This document shows positions 34,801-45,800 of a DNA stretch of 64,000 nucleotides, in pieces (the first letter of the stretch is position 1; every line of letters starts with the position of its first letter). Source of the stretch: an uncultured Actinomycetota bacterium (lineage in GTDB: Bacteria; Actinomycetota; Actinomycetes; Streptosporangiales; Streptosporangiaceae); the NCBI GenBank assembly GCA_963735415.1, contig CAVTLB010000034.1, positions 127-64,126 of the forward strand, given 5' to 3'. The notes beneath the pieces are model-generated. The model saw only the letters and a list, made by a program, of their open reading frames with translations. It had not been told where the DNA came from and searched no databases. Made by a program: the position numbers and the translations under genes.

Positions 34801-37800
34801 GACCCAGGTTGTCGGCCCGGACAGGAACGATAGCGTCACCGCCTACGACGGGGACGGCCGGAAGACATCGGTGACACAGCCCTCGTACACCCCGCCGGGT
34901 ACCTCGACGGCGATCACGGCCACCACTTCCTACGCCTACGACGAAGCCGGACACCTGACGTCGGTGAAGGACCCCCTGGGTAACGTCACCTCCTACACCT
35001 ACGACGCCCTCGGCGACCAGACGTCGGTGACAGATCCGCGACTGCCCGGGCAGTCCGCGGCGGGCACGTGGACGTACACCTATGACGCGGACGGGGAGCA
35101 GCTGTCGGCCAAGGACTCCCTGGGCAACCAGACGCGGGAAACCTACGACTACTTCGGCAACGTCGCCACGTCTACCGACGCGCTGCAGGACACGACGCGG
35201 TACGCCTACGACTACCTCGGCGACCATGCCATGACTGACACGCCGGATGGGTCGGTCACCACACTGGCGCATGACCACCTGGGCGAGCTGACCTCGGTGA
35301 CCGATGGGGCCGGGGACACATCCACCTATACGTATGACGACCAGGGGAACCTGGCGTCCGCGAACGCCCCGGACGGATCATTCGCGCAGTACGGCTACGA
35401 CGAAGCGGGCAACGAAACCTCGGTCACGGACTACGCCGCCGCGCCGGCCGGGCAGGCGTCCCAGCAATTGCGGTCCGAATCGTTCGGCTACGACGCCAAC
35501 GGTGACCAGACCTCGGTCAAGGACTGGAACGGCAACACCACCACCTCCGCCTACAACGCGGCGGGCGAGCTGACGAGCCAGGTGCAGCCGGTCTCGGCGT
35601 CCAAGTCGATCACCATCTCCTACGGCTATGACGCGGCGGGGAACCGGACGTCGGTCACCAACGGCAACGGCAACACCACCTGGACCACGTACAACTCGTG
35701 GAACTTGCCGGAATCGGTGATCGAGCCGACGACCGCGATGGCGCCATCCGCGTCGGTCACCACCTGGACCACCGCCTACAACGCCGACGGCGAGCCGACG
35801 GCGGCGACGCAGCCGGGCGGGGTGACCCTGACCTACGGCTATGACCCCCTGGGCGACATCACGTCGCAGTCCGGCAGCGGTGCGACCGCGAACACGACAG
35901 GCCGGTCGTTCAGCTACGACACCGACCAGCGGATGACCTCCGCCACTTCCGGCGCGGGCACCGACAACTTCACCTACAACCCCAACAGCGAGCTGGCCAC
36001 CGCCTCGGGGATCTCCGGTGCCTCGTCCTACACCTACAACAACGACGGTTTGCTGGCGTCGGAGACGGACGCGGCCGGGACGACCTCGTACTCCTACGAT
36101 TCGGCGGACCGGCTGTCGACAGAGGGCGACCAGCTGACCGGGTCCACCCTGACGTTGGCGTACAACGCCGATAGCAACCCCAACTCCATCTCGTACGCGA
36201 CGCACGGGACGGCAGGGCCGGTGCAGTCATTCGGCTACGACAGCCTGCAGCGGGAAACCTCCGACACCCTCACCTCAGCGTCGGGATCGGTGCTGGCGTC
36301 GCAGGCCTACGGCTACGACAGCAACGGCAACCTCACCTCGCGGACGACCGGCGGGGGCCTGCCGAACGCCTCCTCCAGCTACACCTACGACGAGGCCAAC
36401 CGGCTGGTCTCCGCCACCTCAGGCGGCGCGACTACCGGTTACGCCTACGACAACGCCGGGAACCTGACCCAGGCCGGGCCGGTGAGCAACAGCTACAACG
36501 CGCAAGACCAGCTAACCTCCTCCACGTCGCCGGCCGGTGCCACGAGCTACTCGTACACGCTGAACGGGGAGCTGGCGTCGGTCACCACGCCGGCCGGCCC
36601 CGCGCAGAACTATACGGCGGACGCGTACGGCGACCTCGCGTCCGCGAACGGCCTGAGCTACGGCTACGACGCCCTCGGCCGCCTGGTCACCCGCACCCCT
36701 GCCGCGGGCACGGCGACGTCCCTGTCCTACGTCGGCACCACCGACTCGCTGGCCTCCGACGGAACCAGCGACTACACCTACACTCCGTCCGGCATCATCA
36801 CCTCGGCCCGGCAGTCCGGCGGGACCGCATATTCGACGATGACCGACCAGCACGGCGACGTGGCCGCCACGTTCAGCCCGGCTGCCAGCACCACGGCCCT
36901 GGCAGGAAACGCCTCCTACAGCCCGTACGGCACGGTCACCGCCACAAGCGGCACCATGCCCGCAGCCGGCTACCAGGGCGACTTCACTGACCCGGTCACC
37001 GGCCTGGTCTACATGAACGCCCGCTGGTACAACCCGGCCAGCGGCACCTTCGTCTCTAGCGACACGCTGAACGGCAGCCCTATCCCCTCGACCGTCGACG
37101 GCAACCCCTACGCCTACGCCGACGGCAACCCTCTCACGCAGACAGACCCCACCGGGCACTGCGGCAGTTTCCTCAACTGCATCGAGAGTGTGGGCAAGGG
37201 CATCGCTAAGGCCGACTGCGCCCTTATTACGCTGTGCGGCATCATCAATGCGCCGCCGGCCGGAGGGCATTGCGACGTCTTCGGGCCGGGCTGCCCGCGG
37301 CCCCAGCCCGCTTCCGCCCCGTGCGTCGGCGTTGCCGGCTCGCTCTACGAGTGCGGGCCGTCGTCGTCGCTGCCGCCTCCCCCGGCGTACCCGGCGCCCA
37401 ACCCGACGCAGCAGCCACCGCAAGGCTGCGGCTGGAGATGCGCGGTGGGGGTCGTCATAGTCGGTGCCATAGGGTTCTGCGCGGAGAATCCGGAAATCTG
37501 CGCCGCACCGTTCGAGGAACCGTTGCCGCCTCCCCCGCCGCCGCAGAACTGCTACGCGGCCGGGACCTGTGAGCCCCCGAATGCCTCGAGCGCGTTCAAG
37601 AACGAAACACACATAACCGAATCGAAGCCCACGGACACCACGAACCCCGAGCACGTCCCGGGTGATCGGGTCATCACCGAGAAGACGCCCACGGTGAAAG
37701 AGAATCCGGAGGGGCTGAAGCCGTCGGAGGGTAACACCACCGGGAACGAGGCGTCCGGGCAAAATGGCGCTAGCGGGGCGAGTCCGTCGACGAGCGGCCC

Positions 37801-38410
37801 GGGCGCCCCCGAGCCGTCCGGCACCGGCGGGGGCAGCGGGCCGAGCGGCTCCGGCGACACGCCGGGCAGCGCCGGTGACACGCCCTCGACCACCCCGGGC
37901 AATCCATCGACGCCTGACACGTCGTCACCCGGCACCGGCGACCTCTCGAAGCCAGCGGATGAGTCAGGCCTCAGCCGACCGTCGAAGATCCTCATTAGCG
38001 CCGGCATCGGTGCAGGCGGATCCGTTCTCAACGACCTGACTCATGGCGTGCGCAGTCCCATGCGGATCGTAGAGGACGCGGAGGCCGGTGGCCTGCTCGG
38101 CTCTGCCGGAGGCCTCAGCGATACGCTGGGCTGGGTCCTCGGGTCCGGCTTTGCGGGTGGTTTCCTTAACAGTGCGTATTCCCAATGGGGGGGCGGGGCT
38201 GTGAACTGGTGGCAGGCCGCGGCCGATGCCGGCCTGTCGACGGTCACGGCGGGAATCGGATACGGCGCTGGCCTGTGGAAAGGGCCTTTTGCCGAGCCGC
38301 TAGAGCAAGAGCTCAAGGACATCAACGCCCTTTTCATCAGCGGCGAGTCCAGCCTGATCTCAAACGTGTGCGACCCTGCCAATAAAATCAGTGGAGCAGC
38401 GGCATGTTAG
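28832..38410 (+). CDS. Giant secreted RHS/YD-repeat protein with LamG domain, ~3,200 aa (frameshifts near 29400 and 33550-33610)
   Basis: Signal peptide, YPVTVDPS, IGRTYNS...FGAGWS, a LamG insert (YWQLGE...DGKWHYAV...LYLDG), many YxYDxxG repeats, core end ARWYNPASGTF...NPYAYADGNPLTQTDPTG. Confidence 0.9.
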
Positions 38411-38461
38411 GAAGTGCGGGCGGGCAGTCGTCTCGCCCGCGGCCGGGCAGGGGCCTGGTCA

Positions 38462-39040
38462 GTCGGGTGGCCCAGGGGAGTTTCACCCCTGGGCTCCCGC
38501 GGATCCCGGCGTGACAGTCTCCCGTCACCGGGCTCTTCTTGCCCTCGCGTTCGGGCTGGCGGGGGTTAGTACCGTGCCCAGGTGACGCCTCACCGGTGAA
38601 CGCCCCGCCGGGAGACCCTCCCGCGACCGGGCGCTTTCAGCGCAACGCCTTCCTGGTCCCCGCCTGACACCTCCAGGGCGGCTTGGAGCCACCCCCCGAA
38701 GGGCAGCACCGAGGGGCCACAAACCCTCATCACACGCACAGCACGACAAGAAGAGCACCTGGCTACCCAAGCAACCTCCCTGCCTCGACGGACACCACCA
38801 GCCTCAGAATTTCGCTTCCCATGTGAAACTGCCCCTCCGGGAGCCTTTTCGGGCCTTGAAAGGGGCCGTTTCGTATGGGTAGCGAGCGCCAGGGGCCCGT
38901 GTGGCTGGCGGGGAACGGGGCCGGCGGGGCTGGTGGTGCGCTAGGTGGCGGCGACGCTTGACGGGACGGCTGGCCTGCCCGTTCCCGGTCAGTCGTCCTG
39001 CGCGGCAGAACGACTGACGCAGTCGCGGTCCCTGACGCAC
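38462..39040 (-). ncRNA. ORF-less group II intron ribozyme (~579 nt)
   Basis: Minus strand starts GTGCG at 39040. It has a 34-nt domain V, GAGCCCGGTGACGGGAGACTGTCACGCCGGGATC (38535-38502), with AGC triad and GAGA tetraloop. Domain VI has a bulged A at -7 and the end reads CCCGAC. CAGGG/CCCTG can close domain I. The 3' end is firmer than the 5' end. Confidence 0.8.
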
Positions 39041-39072
39041 GCCGAACCAGCGTTCGGGCGGCGGCATGGAAC

Positions 39073-39113
39073 CGGCCTGGCCCCGGTCACCTGAGGTGAC
39101 CGGGGCCAGGCCG
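39073..39113. terminator. Hairpin terminator after the ricin-lectin gene
   Basis: 19-bp perfect stem CGGCCTGGCCCCGGTCACC with a 3-nt loop, 14 bp past the stop codon. Confidence 0.75.
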
Positions 39114-39127
39114 TTACCGGGGGCTTG

Positions 39128-40552
39128 CTACCAGGTCCACTGCTCGTTAGTGGCGCCCCCCACGCAGTCGTAGATGTCCAGCACGGTTCCGTTCGCCGTG
39201 GCCGCGAAGGGCACGTCGAGGCACCGGCCAGAATTGATCCCGACAAGGGTGTTGTAGATGCTCCAGGTCCATTCCTGGGTCTGGGTGTTGTTGCAGGTCC
39301 AGATGTCCACCTCGCTGTTGTTCGCGGTGGCGCTGTTGTAGACCTCAAGGCAGTACTTCCCGCCGTCGATGGTCAGCGCGCCGGTGGAGGTGTAGGTCCA
39401 CGATTGCTGGGACGAGCCGTTGCAGGCCGAGATGTCAACGACCTGCCCGTTGGCGAAATTCGCGCCGGGAACGTCGAGGCACTTTCCGGAACCAGTCCCG
39501 ATTATCGTCGCGGCGGCATGAGTGCCCGTCGGCGCGGTGTGCCAGCCGTAGAGGTTCGGCGTGGTGAAGTGGGCGGCCGGGCAGCCGATGTTCAGGCCAG
39601 TGGGATAGGACGTGCTGGCGTTGGCGGGGCTGGCTGCTACCCACGATCCGCCTATCAGGTAGGTCAGGTCGGTCGACTCCCAGTCCGCGCCGCCGATCTG
39701 GTTGCAGTAGCTGCCGCTGAGGGTGCTGGAGTTGTAGGTCGTGTAGACCTCGTCCATGTCCCATCCGCCGCCCGATTGGCTCAGCTTGCTGGTGTTCGCG
39801 CTCTGGAAGAACGTGTCCCAGTTTCCGGTGCTGTAGTTGTAGAGGTAGGCGGTCCACTGGTTGGTGCTCGCGTTGGTCTGGACGTCTTCGACGGTGTAGA
39901 AGCGCCGCCCGCTGGTGACGGTGGTGTACTTCGCCTGGAAGCTTGAGGTGTTGTCGGCCGTGAGCACGCCCCAGCCGGGATTAGACGCGCACCAGTTCCA
40001 CGCCCCGACATAGTCCGCGCCAGCGACGTAGACCGTCGTGACCTCGATGCAGTCGATGCTGCTCGGGTCCAGCGTGGGGCTGTAGATGGTGTCACCGCTG
40101 CTGGACGGCAGGGTGAACGAGTCCACCTGCTGATTCGCGTACGCGCCGTAGATTGTCTCGGACGGGCCAACCCCCCAGACCGCGTGGAGCGTCCCGGACC
40201 ATGAGGTCAGGTCGGGCCGCATCACCGCGGATGATGCCGCCGAAGTCCTCGACGGCGCCATCGGCTTGAGCGCAACCTGGTGGGTCCGCGCGGTGAGTTG
40301 CGCCCACCGGGCCGCGCCGGATTGCCGGGTAGCCTTCCGCGCCGCGTTTCGGAACGTCGTGCCGGTCAGGTGCGGCACCTGCTTGCCGCTGCGGGGCGCG
40401 CGGGGGGCGGGGACATGACGCGCCGCGTGAGCGGGCGCCGCCGCTGAGGCGACCGCATTCGCCGGCTGGGCGATGACAGGCGCGGTGGCGCCGGCCATCA
40501 GGGCGACGATTCCCGCGGGCAGCAGGAATCGCCTGAAGCGATGCAGAAACAT
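39128..40552 (-). CDS. Secreted protein: uncharacterised central domain + C-terminal ricin-B lectin
   Basis: Own RBS (GAAGGGA) and signal peptide MFLHRFRRFLLPAGIV...ANA; SGKCLDV...QSW, KYCLEV...QEW, SGRCLDV...EQW. Confidence 0.8.
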   Translation of the reverse strand: MFLHRFRRFLLPAGIVALMAGATAPVIAQPANAVASAAAPAHAARHVPAPRAPRSGKQVPHLTGTTFRNAARKATRQSGAARWAQLTARTHQVALKPMAPSRTSAASSAVMRPDLTSWSGTLHAVWGVGPSETIYGAYANQQVDSFTLPSSSGDTIYSPTLDPSSIDCIEVTTVYVAGADYVGAWNWCASNPGWGVLTADNTSSFQAKYTTVTSGRRFYTVEDVQTNASTNQWTAYLYNYSTGNWDTFFQSANTSKLSQSGGGWDMDEVYTTYNSSTLSGSYCNQIGGADWESTDLTYLIGGSWVAASPANASTSYPTGLNIGCPAAHFTTPNLYGWHTAPTGTHAAATIIGTGSGKCLDVPGANFANGQVVDISACNGSSQQSWTYTSTGALTIDGGKYCLEVYNSATANNSEVDIWTCNNTQTQEWTWSIYNTLVGINSGRCLDVPFAATANGTVLDIYDCVGGATNEQWTW

Positions 40553-40613
40553 GATGTTCCCTTCACTCGGGGGGTACTGGAACCTCACTGCGTTCTGGCA
40601 GGCGGGCAAGCGA

Positions 40614-42679
40614 TCAAGAGTGGGGCTCCAGCCCTCGGCGGCGCTGCCGTTGCAGGTGTACAGGATGAGCTGGGTCCCGTTGACGAGGCTGTTGCTAGGG
40701 TCGGTGAGGCAGGTCCCTGAGCGGGTGTTGACGAAGCTGCCGTCGGATCGCTGCGTCCAGACAGAGTTGGGGTTGCCCTCGCAGGACCACAAGACGATGA
40801 GCGTGCCGTTGGCGGTGCCGTTGTTCTGGGCGGCGATGCACTTGCCGAAGATCTGGATGGTGCCGTCGGCCGCGACCGTCCAGCTGGTCTGCGCCACGTC
40901 GCCGATGCAGTCCCAGATCATGATCTTGTTGCCGTTGGCCGTGCTCGCGCCCGCGTCGCTCATGCACATCGGCTTGGCGGTGATCTCGGAGCCGATGCTG
41001 CCCCTGATGGCCGGCCGGGTGTACGGGACGGTCCACCGCTGAGACGCGGTGCCATTGCAGGTGCCGTTGACGAGCTGGGTGCTGTCGGCGGTGCTCGCGC
41101 CCGGGTCAGCGAGGCACCATCGGGTGGCGGGGTTGTAGAGGGAGTCGTCGGCCCGCGGTACCCACCGCATGGCCGGGTTGCCCGCGTCGCAGGGCTGGAG
41201 GTCGACCAGGTGGTATCCATTGGTGGTGACGGTGCCGGAGTCGGCCACGCAGTAGCCGGAGGCGAACCGGACGGTGCCGTCGGGCTCGAGCGTCCAGTCC
41301 TGGCTGGTGGTGCCGTTACACGTGTAGAGCTGGACGTGGGTGCCCGTGGTGGTGGCGCCGCGCTCGTCGTCCAGGCACATGCCCGTCATGCCGCTGTAGA
41401 CCACGCCGGCCTGCCCTCCGGAAACGGTGAGGGCCAGGGGGGTAGCGGGGGTACCGGCCGGTGGGCCCGTTGTAGCCGGGGCCGGCGGTGCACAGGTAGG
41501 TCACCGAGCAGGTGCCGTCCGAACCGCTGGTGACGTTGCTGAGGCCGTCGGCCGAGGTGTAGGCGTTCCCTGGAGTGGTGTAGGCGCCGCCGGGGTGCTC
41601 GTACGGGTAGGAGGCCGGGAAGCCGCCGGAGCCGGGGGTCCCGGCGAGGGCGTAGGCGGCGGCGATGATGGCCGCGGCGACGGTGGTGCCAGACCCTTCG
41701 CCCCAGCCGCCCTCGGTGAGCGTGTCGTAGTACGCCACCGGCGTGCTGGGGTCGGCCACGGCGGCGAGGTCGTTCATGGCCCGGCCGGCGCAGCCGGTGT
41801 CGGCCTGCCAGGAGGGCTTGGGCTGATAGGCGGAGCAGCCGGCCCCGGTGCCGCCCCACGCGGTTTCGGCGTAGCCGCGCGGGGCGCCGCTGGTGGCGGT
41901 GAGAGTGGTGCCGCCGACCGCCGTGACGTACTGCGAGGCCGCGGGGTAGCTGGTGCCGTAGCCGCCGTCGCCGGCGGGAGCGGTGATGACGACGCCGGGG
42001 TGGTCGAAGTAACCGGTGTCCCAGCTGGTCTCGCTGGGCTCTCGGTGGTGTCCCAGTCGTTGTCGATGAACTTGGCACCGAGCGTGACGGCCTCGTTCTC
42101 GGCGGCGCCGAGGTCGGTGATGGCGCTGCTGCTCGCCTCAACGAGGACGATGTGGCAGTTGGGGCAGATCCCGGAAATCATGTCCAGGCTCTCGGAGACA
42201 GGCACGCTCCAGCCTGCGGCGGTGCCGGGCAGGGTGGTGGTGCTGCCGGCCTGGCTGACCTGGGTGAAGCACTTGTCGGCGACGGTGCAGGCGGGCAGTC
42301 CGTACTGGCCGCGGTAGGCGGCCATGTCGCTGGCGGCGTCGGGGGCGTTGTAGGCGGTCACCACCGCCACCGTCTGGCCGGAGCCGCTCGTGGCCGCCTG
42401 GAGCTCGTAGGCCTGCTGCAAGTTCGCCGGGCTGTACCCGGCCGGCGTGGCGGTCGCGGAGGCGTTTCTTGCCACCATCGCGGAGCCCCTGCTGCCCGCG
42501 CCGGTCAACGCCGCGCAGCCCGCGGTGCCGGGCGCGGCGGCCGGGCACGGGTCGATGATGCCGGAGGGCGGCGTGTACCCGGACGCCGCCGGGGCGGCCT
42601 GCGCGGCGGAACCTGCCAGCGCCAGGATCGTGGTCACGATCGTGAAGACGGTAGCACCCGTCAGTCGACTGGTGAACAT
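40614..42679 (-). CDS. Secreted S53 (sedolisin)-like protein with substituted catalytic triad + two ricin-B domains (frameshifts near 42020, 41430 and probably 40620)
   Basis: GYSPANLQQAY, GQTVAVV, ICPNCHIVLVEA, DLAAVADP and GPGYNGPTG of small actinobacterial S53 proteins, followed by six CL/CI...W lectin repeats. Confidence 0.8.
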
Positions 42680-42734
42680 GCGCCAATTTGTTCCTTTACG
42701 GTGCACGCTTACCCCGAACGGCGCAAGCCTTTGA

Positions 42735-42780
42735 ATTATGTTGACCGTGGCGCGGGGCATGAGAGGGGCATCAGAGGGGC
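42735..42780 (-). promoter_or_regulatory. SARP-type box array 2 upstream of the S53-ricin gene
   Basis: Minus strand GCCCCTCTG-ATGCCCCTCTC-ATGCCCC, then 10 nt and CAACATAAT. Confidence 0.75.
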
Positions 42781-42833
42781 GGCTGAGGGGCAGGCGGGTG
42801 GCAGCTGGTTCGGGCCCGGGACGCGATCCGAGG

Positions 42834-45800
42834 TCAGGCCGTCGTCAGGTGGGCCAGCCGGGTGCGCACGCGCTCGGCGTCGGGCGCCATGCCCAGGCGC
42901 TGGTAGACCTCGAGTGCCTGGAGCAGATGGGCGGCGCCGGCCTGGGTCTCGCCCGCGGTCAGGTGGCACTCGCCGAGGCCTTCCAGGGCGTTGGCCTGGC
43001 CGTCGGGTTTGTTCATCTCGCGGTTCATGGTCAGGGCCTGCTGGTAGAGCGCGAGGGCGCGGGGCAGGTCACCGCGGTCGGCGATGGTGGCGGCGTAGTG
43101 GCTCAGCGCCCAGGCCTCGTCGTGGCGGCTGCCGATCTTGTGGTAGATCTCCAGGGCCGTGACCTGGGCGTCGCCGGCCCCGGCCAGGTCCCCGGCCAGC
43201 CGCCGCGTGATCCCCAGGTTGGCCAGTGCCTCGGCCTCGCCCTGGCCGTAGCCGGCCGCGCGGTAGATCTCCAGGGCCTGCCCAAGGACGCCGCGGGCTC
43301 CGGCCAGGTCCCCGGTCAGGCGCCGCACGGTCCCGAGGTTGGTCAGAACGTAGGCCTCGCCATGGTGGTCGCTGGTCGCGCGGTAGAAGTCCAGGGCCTG
43401 GCCGAGGGCATCGCGGGCCCCGGCCAGGTCCCCGGCCAGGGCTTGCGCGCGGCCCAGTTCGGCCAGGGCGTCGGCCTCGCCGTGGCGGTCGCCGGCCGCG
43501 CGGTAGATCTCCAGCAGCCCGGCCGAGGGTGCCGGCGGCTCCGGCCAGGTCCCCGCTCACGCGCCGCATGATCCCCAGGTCGGCCAGCATGTCGGCCTCG
43601 CCGTGGCAGTCGCCGGCCGCGCGGTAGATCTCCAGGGCCTGCCCGAAGGCGTCGTCGGCTCCGGCCAGGTCCCCGGCATAGCCTCGCGCGCGCCCCAGTT
43701 CAGCGAGTATGTCAGCTTCCAGTATGCCGGCCTCGCCGTGGCGGTCGCCGGCCGCGCGGCAGGTCTCCAGGGCCCGGGAGAAGGTGTCGAGGGCCCCGGT
43801 CAGGTCTCCGGCCAGGCGCCGCATGATCCCCAGGTCGGTGAGGGCGTTGGCGTGGGCGGTGGGGTTGCCGTGATGGTGCGCGGTGTCGGCGGCGGCCTGG
43901 TGCAGGGTGAGGGCGCGGGCGTAGGGACCGTCGGTGCGCAGGGTCTCGGCCAGCCCCGCGGCCAGGGTGAGGCTGTGTTCGTGCAGGTGGTGGGCGTGGG
44001 CGTGGGCGTGGGCCTGTTCGAGGTTGCCGCGTTCCGCGCGTAGCCAGGCTCGGGCGGTCCCGGGGTCGGGCAGGGCGGGGGCGTGGACGGGGGCGGGGCC
44101 GCCGGGTGCCGGCCGCGGGCGGCGGATGATGGGGATCGAGGCGCTGTGGGCGGTGTGGGCGTAGTAACGCAGCAACCGGTCCAGGGCGGCGTCGCAATCG
44201 GGTGCGGGGTCGGCGGCGGCCAGGGTCCGGGCGTGAGCGCGGATCAGGTCGTGCAACCGGTAGCGGCCGGGGGCGTGCGCGATCAGCAGGTTGTGGTCGA
44301 CCAGGTCCTCCAGCAGCCCGGTGGCGGTGTCGGGGTCGGTGTCCAGCGCAGCGGCGGCGGCGTAGGCGTCGGCGTCCGGGCCGGGCACCAGCCCCAGGCG
44401 GCGCAGCAGCAGCTGGTGCCGTCCGCTCAGGCCCAGGTAGGACAAGTCGAACACCGTCGCCAGGTCCCGCTCTCCGTCCGACAGGGCGGGCACGCGGCGG
44501 CACTCGTCGCGCAACAGCGCGGCCAGGTGCTCCGGGCTCCAGGCGGGGCGGTGGCGCAGCAGCGCGCCAGCGATCCGCAGGGCGAGCGGCAGCCGCCCGC
44601 ACCGGTGCGCGATCTCGTCGAGCAGCGGATCGCCGGTGGGTACGCGGCCGGGCCGGCCACGGCGTGCAGCAGCGCGACCGCGTCCTGCGGCGTCAGCAGG
44701 TCGAGCGACACGCTGCGGGCGTCGTCCAGGCCTTTCAGGCGCCTGCGGCTGGTGACCATGACCAGGCAGCCGGGCGCGGCGGGCAGCAGCGGGCGCACCT
44801 GTGCCTCGTCGGCCGCGTTGTCCAGCAGGACCAGGGTCTTGGTTCCGGCCAGGCACTGCCGGTAGAGCGCGGCGCGTTCCTGGGTGTCCTCGGGGATGCG
44901 CTGCGCGGGAACCTGCAGGGCGCGAAGGAACATCCCCAGCGCATCGCCCGGTTCGCGCGGCGGGTGGCCCTTGGTGTGGCCGTGCAGGTCGATGAACAGC
45001 TGGCCGTCCGGGAACTGGCCGGATACGCGGTGCGCGGCGTGGACCGCCAGCGCGGTCTTGCCGATGCCGGCCATCCCGTCGATCGCCGAGATCACCACCG
45101 TGTCCCCCGCCGCGGCCTGCGGGTCACAGCGGGATGCCACGTCGGTCAGCCACGCCAGCTCGGCGCCCCGGCCGGTGAAGTGCCCGGCGGCGGCAGGCAG
45201 CTGCCGCGGAACCTCCGCCGCGGGCAAGCGTGCGAGCGCCTGACCACCAGGCCCCGGAGCGTCCGGCAGCATCTCGTCGCCAGCCAGAATCCGCTCATGC
45301 AGCGCGCGCAGTTCGCGCCCGGGCTCGACACCCAGCTCCGCGACCAGCGTCTTGCGCGCGTCCTGATACACCGTCAGCGCTTCGGCCCGGCGGCCCGAGT
45401 GCGCCAGGGCGAGCATCAGCTGGGCGTGGAACCGCTCGCGCAGCGGATGCTGGGCTGTTACCTCCAGCAGCTGCGGTATCAGTTCCTGGTGGTGCCCGAG
45501 CCGGAACCCGGCGTCAAAGCGGTCCTCGAGCACCTGCAGCCGCAGCCGCTCTAGCCGGGGAACGAACTCCCCGCGCAGCGCCTCGGCGGGCACGTCCAGT
45601 AGCGGCGCCGCGCGCCACAACCCCAGCGCCCGTACGGCCGCGGCGGACGCGTCCGCCCACTTGTCGGCGCGCAAGGCGGACCGGGTGTCCCGGCACAGCG
45701 CCTCGAACTCCAGGACGTCCAGCTCCGCCGGCTCCACGCGGATGACATAGCCGGGGTCACTGACCGTGATCCTCGCTGACTCGGAATCCAGCGCCCGGCG

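Noticed and set aside
38391-38585. Possible RHS immunity gene
   Set aside because: Short, no RBS or coding bias, and it overlaps the antisense of intron domains V/VI.
38462-39040. Classing the intron as IIC or a HYER-type DNA-cleaving ribozyme
   Set aside because: Domain V is 34 nt with an AGC triad, not the shorter CGC type of class IIC.
39041-39067. Spliced mini-ORF MPPPERWFG-stop across the intron junction
   Set aside because: Nine codons with no RBS; compatible with chance.
39128-41404. 758-aa ORF with three ricin domains as one protein
   Set aside because: An internal RBS and signal peptide at 40552, plus an out-of-frame TGA at 40614 after a C run, indicate two genes joined by a probable indel.
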